IMG/VR virus record: IMGVR_UViG_3300022745_000018
Span: 32,001-96,000 of that record
DNA: 64,000 bases
Direction: 5' to 3' (one strand)
Origin: a virus
This document shows, piece after piece, positions 18,870-27,543 of this stretch. The position numbers and the translations under genes are program-made. The notes beneath the pieces were generated by a model that saw only the letters and a list, made by a program, of their open reading frames with translations, was not told where the DNA came from and made no database searches. Position 1 is the first letter of the stretch; the number at the start of each line of letters is the position of its first letter.

Positions 18870-19936
18870 AAACCTTTTCTATATTCACAAACCTTGGACC
18901 TTAGATCATCAACGATTTCCAATCGTCTTGATTCTGTCGTACCAAAGTCAAAATTCTTCAGATACAGTGAAGAAAGATTTATCCCGAAAGATTTCTCTAC
19001 ATTTTCGCAGATCACATCGTCATGCAATAGAGGCAAACAACCCGCATGGAGTGATTCGATTAGCCGGTAAATAGAGAATTGTGTTGCATCGTACGCTGGC
19101 ACAACCAGGGTGTATCTAGACCTCCCTATTAACTGTAGATACTGTTCTCTACCAATGAATGACGACGGTTCATCTGAAAACTTATCATGGAGAAACAGTT
19201 TCGCGTTCTTGAAATGTCTGGCGGCCTCTTTAGCCTTCTCAATCTGTTTAGAACGGACTTGAGTCAGAGCAGTCATCCCGAATGTAAAGTCAATGTCTTT
19301 CTTTGGAGCACCGAAGATGTTCTGATCTTGATACATCTCCAAGAAGTATTGCATCGAATCTAAACGCTCAAATGATCTACTCTCATCCGTATAACCATGA
19401 AACAGTTTGTAGTTGTCAATTGGGCGGTACTTCAGATTGATAGCGTTCAACGAAACTTCCTGAGGGTCGTAGATGACTTCGTACAATGGAATACCAAGTT
19501 CACGATTGGCTTTCAACATCGCTAAGACATGAAATATCGTGGAACCAACACTCAAGAAATTGATTTGGCCACGATCTTCAGGAAATTTCATTAGCCTCTT
19601 TGAACCATACTGCAAATATGATTTCTCGGATAGAATGCCACCGAAGATCACCAGTTTCTTGTATTTAGCCAATGGAGTCAAGTCAATTGAATTATATGCC
19701 TCAACCCAATCAGACATCTTGAACACTTTTGTGTGATAGAACTCATGATAGGGCATCACTACTTCATTGATCTGCAAACCAGAAACATCCATGATGTACT
19801 TTGAAACCTTTGTGGTTTTCTGATTAAGCATGATATCGCAAACGCCCAGTGTCTCTGACACCAAGAACTGCTGGATCAGACTCGTGACGAACTTACTAGT
19901 CAAGCCACGAGTTGAATACAAAAGGACATTACCCAT
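18866..19936 (-). CDS. Second putative GT-B glycosyltransferase
   Basis: YDPQE, K.IDFTFG, SRYTLVVPAYD..FSIYR..ESL..GC.PL. Confidence 0.55.
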   Translation of the reverse strand: MGNVLLYSTRGLTSKFVTSLIQQFLVSETLGVCDIMLNQKTTKVSKYIMDVSGLQINEVVMPYHEFYHTKVFKMSDWVEAYNSIDLTPLAKYKKLVIFGGILSEKSYLQYGSKRLMKFPEDRGQINFLSVGSTIFHVLAMLKANRELGIPLYEVIYDPQEVSLNAINLKYRPIDNYKLFHGYTDESRSFERLDSMQYFLEMYQDQNIFGAPKKDIDFTFGMTALTQVRSKQIEKAKEAARHFKNAKLFLHDKFSDEPSSFIGREQYLQLIGRSRYTLVVPAYDATQFSIYRLIESLHAGCLPLLHDDVICENVEKSFGINLSSLYLKNFDFGTTESRRLEIVDDLRSKVCEYRKGF

Positions 19937-20017
19937 TGTATGAGTAACCTCTCATGTAGCGATGATATTCGCCGCCATAGACTACTGAATTGAATTCAAT
20001 GCTGAATGTATAAGAGA

Positions 20018-20500
20018 TCATGCTGTACCTTTCGTTTGTACTCGATTTGATTCTGCTGCGGCGACTCGTGATCTCAAATCTGTTGTTGAGAATGAGTGTC
20101 GCCGTTTATTGTAATGGATAGGGCATAGACCAATTCCTGTATGATCTGTGCCTTTGTATTCTTCACCAACGATTCTGATATCGGGTTGGAGTGTCAGAAT
20201 GATATCAACGATTTCTTGTTCCGTGGTGAATGGGATGACTTCGTCGACATACTTACAAGCGGCAATTTGAACATATCGTTCAAACGCAGACTGCACTGGT
20301 CTGTTCTTTGTCTCTTGTCTATCCAATGTGGGATCTATCAGAAGACCGACTACCAAGTAATCGCACAGCGTCTTTGCTTCTTGTAACATCACGACATGAC
20401 CTGCGTGAAACAGATCAAAGGTCGAGCATGTAAAACCTACACGAATGTCGTTGATATCTTTCCCAAGTTTCTTCGCTAGTTCAACCTTGTTGAAAAACAT
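20018..20500 (-). CDS. TagD-like cytidylyltransferase
   Basis: TFDLFHAGH (HxGH), CDYLVVGL, YVDEVIP, FSTTDLR. Confidence 0.88.
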   Translation of the reverse strand: MFFNKVELAKKLGKDINDIRVGFTCSTFDLFHAGHVVMLQEAKTLCDYLVVGLLIDPTLDRQETKNRPVQSAFERYVQIAACKYVDEVIPFTTEQEIVDIILTLQPDIRIVGEEYKGTDHTGIGLCPIHYNKRRHSFSTTDLRSRVAAAESNRVQTKGTA

Positions 20501-21512
20501 TCTCAATGCACTTTCTAATATGTTCTTTATTTGGGTGATATTTGTAGACACGAGTGATCTCGGCACAAACCAAAACTATCATCGTTGAATGATATAGGTT
20601 ATTGAATGCAACCAATGACCGAAGAGATGTATCTATCATTTTCTGTGGGTATTCATTGATGTACAGAGAAGCAATGAACTTCGCTATATCCAATTCAGTG
20701 GAACCATAGACACTAGTGATAGGATCAATGAGATGCAGCTTCCCATCACCGAACAGCATATTAGTGATACCGAAATCACCATGAGCAAATGTTCTGACTG
20801 GTGGCTTGATCAATTCAAGCTTACTTGCATTATCAATTGCCGCTTGAACACCAGAATTCTTAGCATGGTCTTTGATTCTATCGATGTACGATGAGAAGGT
20901 CAGTCCACCGTCCATGAATGGAATCGCGGACATCTTTGCTAAAGCATCCTGAATCAACCCAAGAGCAATGAATGTATTGTTTCTGAAGAAGTCCACATCA
21001 TGATCAATGTATCTCATTGTGATTGTATCACCAACGATTCTATCTACACAAGGCACATTGAGCGAATAGCAGGCAGTCTTATACCATTCCTTGGTTTGAT
21101 GTGCATTCTTGTCTTGCTTATGGACCATAGCACCATCGGTATAGATATCCGAGCCAGATAGACCACCATGCAACTGACGAATGTCTTGCATAATGAATTC
21201 TTCTGGACTCATTCCTTTATCATCGATGTAGTATGCCGCTAAAGGTTTCTCGAATGAGATTGAATGATACTTGACACCGTGCTTCTCAAGCCAAGTCTTC
21301 ATGCCGCGTTCATACTTCAATCGAGCCTGAGCACGAGTCTGGCATGAAATCGAACCTCTAGCAGTAAAAATGTCGATTTGCCAACCATTATCAAACAGCC
21401 CATTTGTTTTCGTGATCAGTGATCTGTTTGGTACAGCATCATCCCAATTTCTACCTTCAGCGAACGCTAAGGTATCATCAAAGTCTAAAATGATTCGTTT
21501 GTGATAGTTCAT
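20481..21512 (-). CDS. HAD phosphatase / APH-choline-kinase-like fusion
   Basis: N-term DFDDT, FTARG, KP, YIDDK; C-term HGDF..TN, LIDP, DIAK. Confidence 0.8.
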   Translation of the reverse strand: MNYHKRIILDFDDTLAFAEGRNWDDAVPNRSLITKTNGLFDNGWQIDIFTARGSISCQTRAQARLKYERGMKTWLEKHGVKYHSISFEKPLAAYYIDDKGMSPEEFIMQDIRQLHGGLSGSDIYTDGAMVHKQDKNAHQTKEWYKTACYSLNVPCVDRIVGDTITMRYIDHDVDFFRNNTFIALGLIQDALAKMSAIPFMDGGLTFSSYIDRIKDHAKNSGVQAAIDNASKLELIKPPVRTFAHGDFGITNMLFGDGKLHLIDPITSVYGSTELDIAKFIASLYINEYPQKMIDTSLRSLVAFNNLYHSTMIVLVCAEITRVYKYHPNKEHIRKCIENVFQQG

Positions 21513-22193
21513 TTACTTCGCCAAGTTAAAGTCACAGACTAAACCAAAATGACGCTCATATACATGTAAGCTCGCTGCATTCCAGATGATCTCACCGGGT
21601 TCGATACTCAAACTTTCGGCTAGCATCCTATGAATTTTGTTTTGCCATGCAAAATCACCTTTGTATCCGAAGACGGCGTCGTTCGATCGCATGTAGACCA
21701 AACTAACCAATTTCCCATCACGAATCATGTGTTGTGTTGAATACGTACACATGAAATCTGACATACCATCTTTGTCGAAGTCGAATTGCATCGACGGGCG
21801 ATTGTAAATCATACAAGCACGGCGAGAAGTCGGATCTCTCCGAAGAGTTTCTAAGCAACTCAAATACTGAAAACTGTTCTGGGCTGACCAAATACACCAC
21901 CCATAGTTTGAATTGATTCCACCATCCTCGGATGCAACCGATTTCCAGATCTGGGGAATGGGTGGTGGGATGTCATTAACATTTAGAGATAGAGATTTGT
22001 ACCATTCAAACTCACGACGGTTCCAATCCTCGTTCACTGCACCGAAAATAGTTGGCTCGTCTGCAACAAACGAAGCGCCAACAATCTCAATCGTTTTGAC
22101 ACCAGTCTTGTCTTCAACGAATTCCTTTTTCTCTAAGAGTTCGATTAACTGATTCCTGATTTCGAATGTGTGAGGTAAAGTTTTACTGATCAT
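21513..22193 (-). CDS. gp42: dCMP hydroxymethylase/hydroxylase (thymidylate-synthase fold, gp42-like)
   Basis: DKTGVKTIE, NSNYGW, DFMCT, MRSNDAVFGYKGD (Asp at the dCMP-specificity position), SLHVYERHF. Confidence 0.88.
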   Translation of the reverse strand: MISKTLPHTFEIRNQLIELLEKKEFVEDKTGVKTIEIVGASFVADEPTIFGAVNEDWNRREFEWYKSLSLNVNDIPPPIPQIWKSVASEDGGINSNYGWCIWSAQNSFQYLSCLETLRRDPTSRRACMIYNRPSMQFDFDKDGMSDFMCTYSTQHMIRDGKLVSLVYMRSNDAVFGYKGDFAWQNKIHRMLAESLSIEPGEIIWNAASLHVYERHFGLVCDFNLAK

Positions 22194-22756
22194 AGTCCAA
22201 TGAATCCTTTGACTTGTGGTAGCAGATTCGCGAAACCAATCTGCGATACATTGTATTTAGCCTTTTTCTCAATTGTACTGAGATCGAACTGCTTTGTAAA
22301 ATTTTCAAGAGTCTCTGTCATCTGCTTCGGATCTGTTTCCAAACTCATACCATCATCACGAGCCATGATTGACTCAACCGAATCTGTTACGAGAATTAGA
22401 TAGACATCAGCGAGTCTGAAAATGTCTTTGTTGTAACCGCTGAAGATCTTTTCTTCAATCGAGGCTGATGTAACCGTGTTCGAATAGTTTCTATATCGCT
22501 GACCGTAAACAGGAACACCGATGTGGAATCTATCTGAAATGAAATTGAATGCAGCATCTTCATGAGCTAACGTTGTGTACGCGGTCACGATCGCTCCATA
22601 ATGGGAAATCTCCCATGCTAACGGATCATCGCATTTGGGTGGAGAACTGGAATGATTACAGAAAACATATGGCCCCAACTCATGGGCTAGATTTGCCGTC
22701 AGTGTGGATTTACCGCAGCGGTCTGGGCCCTCGATGATAACAAACTTCGGTTTCAT
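22190..22756 (-). CDS. dNMP (thymidylate-type) kinase
   Basis: IIEGPDRCGKST P-loop, DRFH..VYG..YR. Confidence 0.82.
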   Translation of the reverse strand: MKPKFVIIEGPDRCGKSTLTANLAHELGPYVFCNHSSSPPKCDDPLAWEISHYGAIVTAYTTLAHEDAAFNFISDRFHIGVPVYGQRYRNYSNTVTSASIEEKIFSGYNKDIFRLADVYLILVTDSVESIMARDDGMSLETDPKQMTETLENFTKQFDLSTIEKKAKYNVSQIGFANLLPQVKGFIGL

Positions 22757-23337
22757 TTTTTAAGTACTTTCTGCATATACTGTGCTTGGTAAATTGCATC
22801 GTCTAAAGCATTGTGATGGACGCCATCACGAGGATGTTCAATCTTAAACAATTCCTTGAATGTCCTAAAGCAGCGGGAATGACTCCATTTCCATGGAGGG
22901 GAGTTTCCTTCAACGGCATCAAAAACATTCTCCAAGATCACGGTATCAGAATGACTACGCTTTGTTGAAGTAGAGTTTCCTTCAACAGTATCGAAAACGT
23001 TCTCTAGGATCACGATGTCGAAATCAACACCGCATGACCATGTTGGATATGATTTAGGGCCGTACCATTCTCTGAATTTAGTCAAGCCATCTTCGATCTG
23101 AACTCTATTGTTCTTGGTGGCCTCCCAAGCAGCTTGCTTCTGTTCTTTCCACCAATCAACCGTAGACTTTGAAATGTGGAGGCCATATTCCGTCGACTGT
23201 GAACGATAATCCAAATTGATGTAGAACTTATCTACAATCTCTGTATCGTTGAACTTGACGGCCCCAATCGAAATGATGGCTGCGGTCTTTTTGGAAGACA
23301 GTGTCTCCAAGTCAATCATTACATTTACATCACTCAC
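22753..23337 (-). CDS. DEDDh 3'-5' exonuclease (DexA-like) with internal 24-aa duplication
   Basis: MIDLET, FD..IL, HNALDDA. Confidence 0.85.
   Translation of the reverse strand: MSDVNVMIDLETLSSKKTAAIISIGAVKFNDTEIVDKFYINLDYRSQSTEYGLHISKSTVDWWKEQKQAAWEATKNNRVQIEDGLTKFREWYGPKSYPTWSCGVDFDIVILENVFDTVEGNSTSTKRSHSDTVILENVFDAVEGNSPPWKWSHSRCFRTFKELFKIEHPRDGVHHNALDDAIYQAQYMQKVLKK
22877..23020. repeat. Diverged 72-bp tandem duplication inside exonuclease gene
   Basis: 22877-22948 vs 22949-23020; DIVILENVFDTVEGNSTSTKRSHS / DTVILENVFDAVEGNSPPWKWSHS. Confidence 0.9.
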
Positions 23338-23618
23338 GATTCATCCCTTGATTGTTCGCTACGAAGCGCACCGCGTTTTGCAGTGTGATTTTTACGGTCC
23401 TCTTTTACCATCTCTAAATACCGCAAGCAAGAATCTGCCGCTTCTTTAACATCTTTTTCTGTATCTTTTGCTCCACGGCCGCCAGCAACAAGCAATTTCT
23501 TAATTGCGTGAGCGATGCATGGATCTGTCACGTCATATAAACGTAAGATCCTATAGATATCCACATGGTCATAATGAGTGACATCCTTGAAATAATGACT
23601 ATGTTGTTTCTCAGTCAT
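23334..23618 (-). CDS. Small phage protein, DUF3310-like
   Basis: HSHY...VDIY...HAIKKLL.AG.RG.KD...D..EA. Confidence 0.6.
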   Translation of the reverse strand: MTEKQHSHYFKDVTHYDHVDIYRILRLYDVTDPCIAHAIKKLLVAGGRGAKDTEKDVKEAADSCLRYLEMVKEDRKNHTAKRGALRSEQSRDES

Positions 23619-23641
23619 ACTAATCCTTTCACAATCAGATT

Positions 23642-23670
23642 ATCATATCAAACACCATCACTGATGTAAA
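23642..23670 (-). promoter_or_regulatory. Promoter TTTACA-N17-TATGAT driving the modification operon
   Basis: Direct match. Confidence 0.7.
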
Positions 23671-23785
23671 ATTTTCTTGATTATCCTCAGTTTTGATATG
23701 TAAAGTTTTGTAAACACTGTGTGCAAAACTCACAAAGCAAATCTGGATATGGCATCCAGAGAGATTTTTCGCTCGCTAAAAAAAT

Positions 23786-23814
23786 TTTACATTTCCTGAA
23801 GCACTCGTTATAAT
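23786..23814 (+). promoter_or_regulatory. Promoter TTTACA-N17-TATAAT facing a non-coding region
   Basis: Near-consensus sigma70 match; about 400 bp without a long ORF follows. Confidence 0.7.
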
Positions 23815-24179
23815 ATTCATATAGAAGCCCTAAAAGTGATCTACTTTTTCGCTGCGCTCAAAGAGATCGTGTTCTAAATCTATGAGACTTGAATGATATC
23901 TAGAACTGTATAGATGAAATATTGCATGTGTAACATGCCGGTGGCTAGCCACCGTCTCATCCATTACGATAATCTGGATCTGTAATAGAGAATTCTACTA
24001 GATATCTCTAGATCGGAGAATCCAGAACGTAAGTTCAAGAATCCTCAATGAACCGCTTCGCGGTGCAGTGTTTAAACACTGCACTCTTCATTTCTATCTG
24101 TCGATTAGGAATCTATCGTTCCATCTATACAGACATCAATCCAGGGCTTTAGATGCATCCTGGACAATCTTTAGAAAAT

Positions 24180-24208
24180 TTTACAGAAACATATAGTCAG
24201 ATTACTAT
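24180..24208 (+). promoter_or_regulatory. Promoter TTTACA-N17-TACTAT, probably leaderless for helicase
   Basis: -10 ends 6 nt before ATG 24215; no SD. Confidence 0.55.
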
Positions 24209-24214
24209 AACTGA

Positions 24215-25879
24215 ATGAACAGAACTAACCAAATCAACGAAGCCTTCAAGAAACTTCGTTTCGAACCAAGAAACAACCAAGTCGATATCGTCAACAGAAT
24301 CATCCATGAATTTGTAGATCAGAATAAACGAAACGTGATTCTATGTGCAGATACTGGAATCGGTAAGTCAATTATTGCAGCAGTTACTGCAGAAGTTCTA
24401 TCAACAGAGATTCCTTCTGATGCCAAGAAGGGTATTTATGTCAGTTCGACGAACTCGTTGGTTGATCAGTATGCGAATACGTTCAAGGATGAGCCGATAA
24501 GTGATTGGCATCGTATCAAAGGTGCTTCCAATTATCCATGTGTCTACTTCAGAGAAAAAGGAAATCTGCAGTCAACTGGTGAAGACTGCGTCATTAAAGA
24601 CATTACAGAACAAGAACGTCAGAAGTTCTGCAGTAACTGTACTTATAAGTCAGCGAAAGCAGCGATCTATACGACACAGAACCTCATCACCAATTATTCA
24701 TACTTCATGGTGGGAAACGTCACAACGCATCATTTGCGCAACACAGCTCGTAGATTACACGTCTTCGACGAAGCTCATTTGCTAAACGATCAGTTCTGCG
24801 AACAGTTCTCCATTCACATTTCAGTCGAAACTCTGAACCGTTACATCGCCGAACTGAAAAATCAGAACGGTAAAATGAATTCTTATGCAGATACTCTAAC
24901 AGAAATGAGAGATCGTATTGCTGCGAAGCAGATCAAAGAAACTAACTATGTGAAGTTTATTTCGGAACTTCGAGATCAGTTCATCGGAATACATTCGAAA
25001 ATGATGTGGTTATCTTCCATGATTCCGGATTTGATGGTACGAAAGAAGATGCAGAAAGCAGCATCCAAGTACGATAAGATGGGGTGTAGGATGAAAGCGT
25101 TCTTCAATCCAGGATATGAACATGTGTTTGAAGATAAGAATCCTAACGAAATCACCATCAAACCAATCTTCGTATCTGATTCCATCTCAGATCTTTTGGG
25201 AGAAAAGAATCTCTTCATGACCGCGACGATGTCGATGGCCTATGCCAAGGATACGATGTCTCTACCAGCGAAGGACACGGCTTACATCGATGCAGGTACT
25301 GTATTTTCTCCACAGAATAGACCATTGTTCTTTTTGGGTAAGCGGAATCTGAATTACACGACGATGCAGAATGAAGATACTTTCACGCGATTGAGCGAAC
25401 TGACGAATGCGATCATCTCTCATCATAAAAATGAGAAAGGCATCATGCTGACTCCGTCGTTCTCAGCGACCGAGAAGCTGTGTAGGAATCTGAAAGGGAC
25501 GAAGGTGTTCGAACACAAGTCAGGCACGAAAGTATCCGAGATCATTGATCAGTTCAAATCATATAAGGGTTCAGCGATTCTCATTAGCCCTAGCATCTTT
25601 GAAGGCCTTGATTTCAAAGATGACCATTCGAGGTATCAGATTATCATGAAGACGCCATACCCAAGTCTTGGTGATAAACGGATGAAATACATCTGTGATG
25701 TCTACGGTCATGTCTATAGAGAAATCGGTTTGTATAAGATCATCCAAGGTGTAGGAAGATCAATTCGTTCAGAAACAGACACAGCAACTACATACTTTTT
25801 AGACAAATCGTCCCAGACACTGTTCGAATCAGATCAGAATCTGTGGGCCGATAGATTCGATGTCAAGGTGACCGCATGA
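24215..25879 (+). CDS. DinG/XPD-family SF2 helicase
   Basis: Q motif, ADTGIGKS, Cys cluster, DEAH, TAT, EGLDFKDD, QGVGRSIR. Confidence 0.9.
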   Translation: MNRTNQINEAFKKLRFEPRNNQVDIVNRIIHEFVDQNKRNVILCADTGIGKSIIAAVTAEVLSTEIPSDAKKGIYVSSTNSLVDQYANTFKDEPISDWHRIKGASNYPCVYFREKGNLQSTGEDCVIKDITEQERQKFCSNCTYKSAKAAIYTTQNLITNYSYFMVGNVTTHHLRNTARRLHVFDEAHLLNDQFCEQFSIHISVETLNRYIAELKNQNGKMNSYADTLTEMRDRIAAKQIKETNYVKFISELRDQFIGIHSKMMWLSSMIPDLMVRKKMQKAASKYDKMGCRMKAFFNPGYEHVFEDKNPNEITIKPIFVSDSISDLLGEKNLFMTATMSMAYAKDTMSLPAKDTAYIDAGTVFSPQNRPLFFLGKRNLNYTTMQNEDTFTRLSELTNAIISHHKNEKGIMLTPSFSATEKLCRNLKGTKVFEHKSGTKVSEIIDQFKSYKGSAILISPSIFEGLDFKDDHSRYQIIMKTPYPSLGDKRMKYICDVYGHVYREIGLYKIIQGVGRSIRSETDTATTYFLDKSSQTLFESDQNLWADRFDVKVTA

Positions 25880-26562
25880 ACTTTCTAGATGGGCCATTCA
25901 CTAAAGGTGATGTAGAGATTCAAGAAGTGAATCTTGATAGGGATGATTCTGGTCCCTATCGCATTTACATTGACGAAGAAGGAAACAAATATGAGTCAGT
26001 GACATCGTTCATTGGTCGCTCAGATCCTTCTAAAGAAGCCAGTCTCCAAGCTTGGAAGAATGCAGTTGGGTTGGAAGAGGCTAATGCGATATCAGAAGCA
26101 GCAGCAACAAAGGGTACTGCAGTCCACCTTGCATGCGAACAGTACATCGCTGGGTTGCGATGGCAGGACATCTCGATGTTCTGCAAAGCAGACTTTCTAT
26201 CAATCAAGAAACTCTTGGATGCAAAACTGTCTAAAGTAATTGGATCTGAGTTGCGGATGTACTCGAAACGTCTTAAGCTGGCTGGTACGACGGACTTGCT
26301 GGCTTCCTGGGACAATGAGATCTCAATCATTGACTTCAAAACATCTGGTAGAATCAAGTACAAAGATGAGATTGATGGGTACTTTCTTCAGATGGCTGCG
26401 TATGCTGCAATGGCATACGAGATGTATGGGATTCGAGTCAAGCATTTAGTCGTTATCATGGCGGTAGATGGTGACCCCAATGCATATGAATACGCCGAGA
26501 CAGTCGGTTATTGGCTGAACAAATTGATAGAGCTTAGAAGGACATATCCAGCTCTCCAGTAA
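25876..26562 (+). CDS. PD-(D/E)xK exonuclease
   Basis: YESVT, GTAVH, E, AGTTD, IDFKTS, LQMAAYA. Confidence 0.85.
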   Translation: MNFLDGPFTKGDVEIQEVNLDRDDSGPYRIYIDEEGNKYESVTSFIGRSDPSKEASLQAWKNAVGLEEANAISEAAATKGTAVHLACEQYIAGLRWQDISMFCKADFLSIKKLLDAKLSKVIGSELRMYSKRLKLAGTTDLLASWDNEISIIDFKTSGRIKYKDEIDGYFLQMAAYAAMAYEMYGIRVKHLVVIMAVDGDPNAYEYAETVGYWLNKLIELRRTYPALQ

Positions 26563-26592
26563 CTATCGCGATGCTGTCGGTTAAATATATGC

Positions 26593-26865
26593 ATGACAGC
26601 AGTAACAAGATTGGGTGATTTATGCTCTGGTCACGGAGTTTGTTCACCTAGACCATCAACGTCTGGTTCTCCAGACGTCTTTGCGAATTCAAAACCAGTA
26701 CACAGACAACATGATCTGTGGGGACAGCACTGTCTACATACATCTGAACTTTCTGGTGGTTCGTCTACTGTTTTCGTTAATAGCCGTCCACTTGGACGTG
26801 TGGGTGATACTATAGCATGCGGGTCAACCGTCGCGAACGGTTCGCCAAATGTGTTCTCAGGGTAG
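26593..26865 (+). CDS. PAAR spike-tip protein (gp5.4-like)
   Basis: AVTRLGDLCSGH, GSPDVF, H, GRVGD.IACGS, GSPNVF. Confidence 0.92.
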   Translation: MTAVTRLGDLCSGHGVCSPRPSTSGSPDVFANSKPVHRQHDLWGQHCLHTSELSGGSSTVFVNSRPLGRVGDTIACGSTVANGSPNVFSG

Positions 26866-26868
26866 TAG

Positions 26869-27543
26869 ATGAAAAGAAACGAACTGGCTGAAGGTATCCA
26901 ACATTACCTAGGCAATCCTTTATTAAAAGCCGCTAGACAGCCGCTCCAATTTACCATGGAGCAAGCTAAGGAATATGCTAAGTGCGCCCGTGATCCGGTC
27001 TACTTCATTGAGAACTATGTAAGGATCGTTTCGCTGGACGAAGGTCTTGTTCTATTCAAGATGTATCCGTATCAGAAACGAATGATTCGTGCGATGCACC
27101 ATGGTCGAAAGGTCGTGGGTAAGATCTTTAGACAGGCTGGTAAATCCGCGATCTGCGCTGCATACATTTCTTGGTATATCACGTTCAATGGACACAAGAC
27201 AGCGGCCATCTTAGCAAACAAAGCATCGATTGCTAGGGAGATCTTCAGTAGGATTCAAGTCATTCTCGAGAACCTTCCTTTTTGGTTGCAGCAAGGTGTC
27301 TTGGAATGGAACAAGACATCGTTGGAATTAGAGAACGGTTCCAAGTGCTTTTGTGCAGCAAGTTCGCCTTCTTCTGTTAGGGGTAAGTCGATCAATCTAC
27401 TTTTTTGCGTCGCTGGTGAGACAAAAGTTCATCTTCGAAATAAACTAACTGGCGAAATTGTTGAAGTACCTATATCTGACTTGAAGGGTTTGCTTAGAAG
27501 AGAGGAGGAAGATGATGAAGGATTTTCAATTTCCCTCAATTAA
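26869..27543 (+). CDS. gp17: Large terminase fragment 1 (ATPase N-part, 179 aa) fused to short N-intein 1
   Basis: YLGNPLLK, RQAGKS Walker A, EWNK, ELENGS, RGKSINLLF then CVAGETKV...TGEI (intein block A). Confidence 0.93.
   Translation: MKRNELAEGIQHYLGNPLLKAARQPLQFTMEQAKEYAKCARDPVYFIENYVRIVSLDEGLVLFKMYPYQKRMIRAMHHGRKVVGKIFRQAGKSAICAAYISWYITFNGHKTAAILANKASIAREIFSRIQVILENLPFWLQQGVLEWNKTSLELENGSKCFCAASSPSSVRGKSINLLFCVAGETKVHLRNKLTGEIVEVPISDLKGLLRREEEDDEGFSISLN
27406..27540 (+). other. Split intein 1, N-fragment (45 aa incl. acidic tail)
   Basis: Starts with Cys1 (CVAGET) immediately before the Walker B DE. Confidence 0.88.

Noticed and set aside
19935-19960. GCTACA-N14-TACAAT upstream of the second GT gene
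   Set aside because: The -10-like hexamer overlaps the start codon itself, so it cannot serve that gene; probably coincidental.
21513-22193. Ordinary thymidylate synthase
   Set aside because: Asp rather than Asn at the specificity position and gp42-like DFMCT/NSNYGW motifs indicate a dCMP-modifying enzyme.
563-23449. Numerous plus-strand ORFs of 60-165 aa opposite the structural and replication genes
   Set aside because: Antisense shadows of well-supported minus-strand genes with no motifs.
25876-26562. Cas4 / CRISPR-associated role for the exonuclease with DinG (type IV-like)
   Set aside because: No Cas4 Fe-S cysteine set, no other cas genes or array; a common T4-like PD-(D/E)xK exonuclease.
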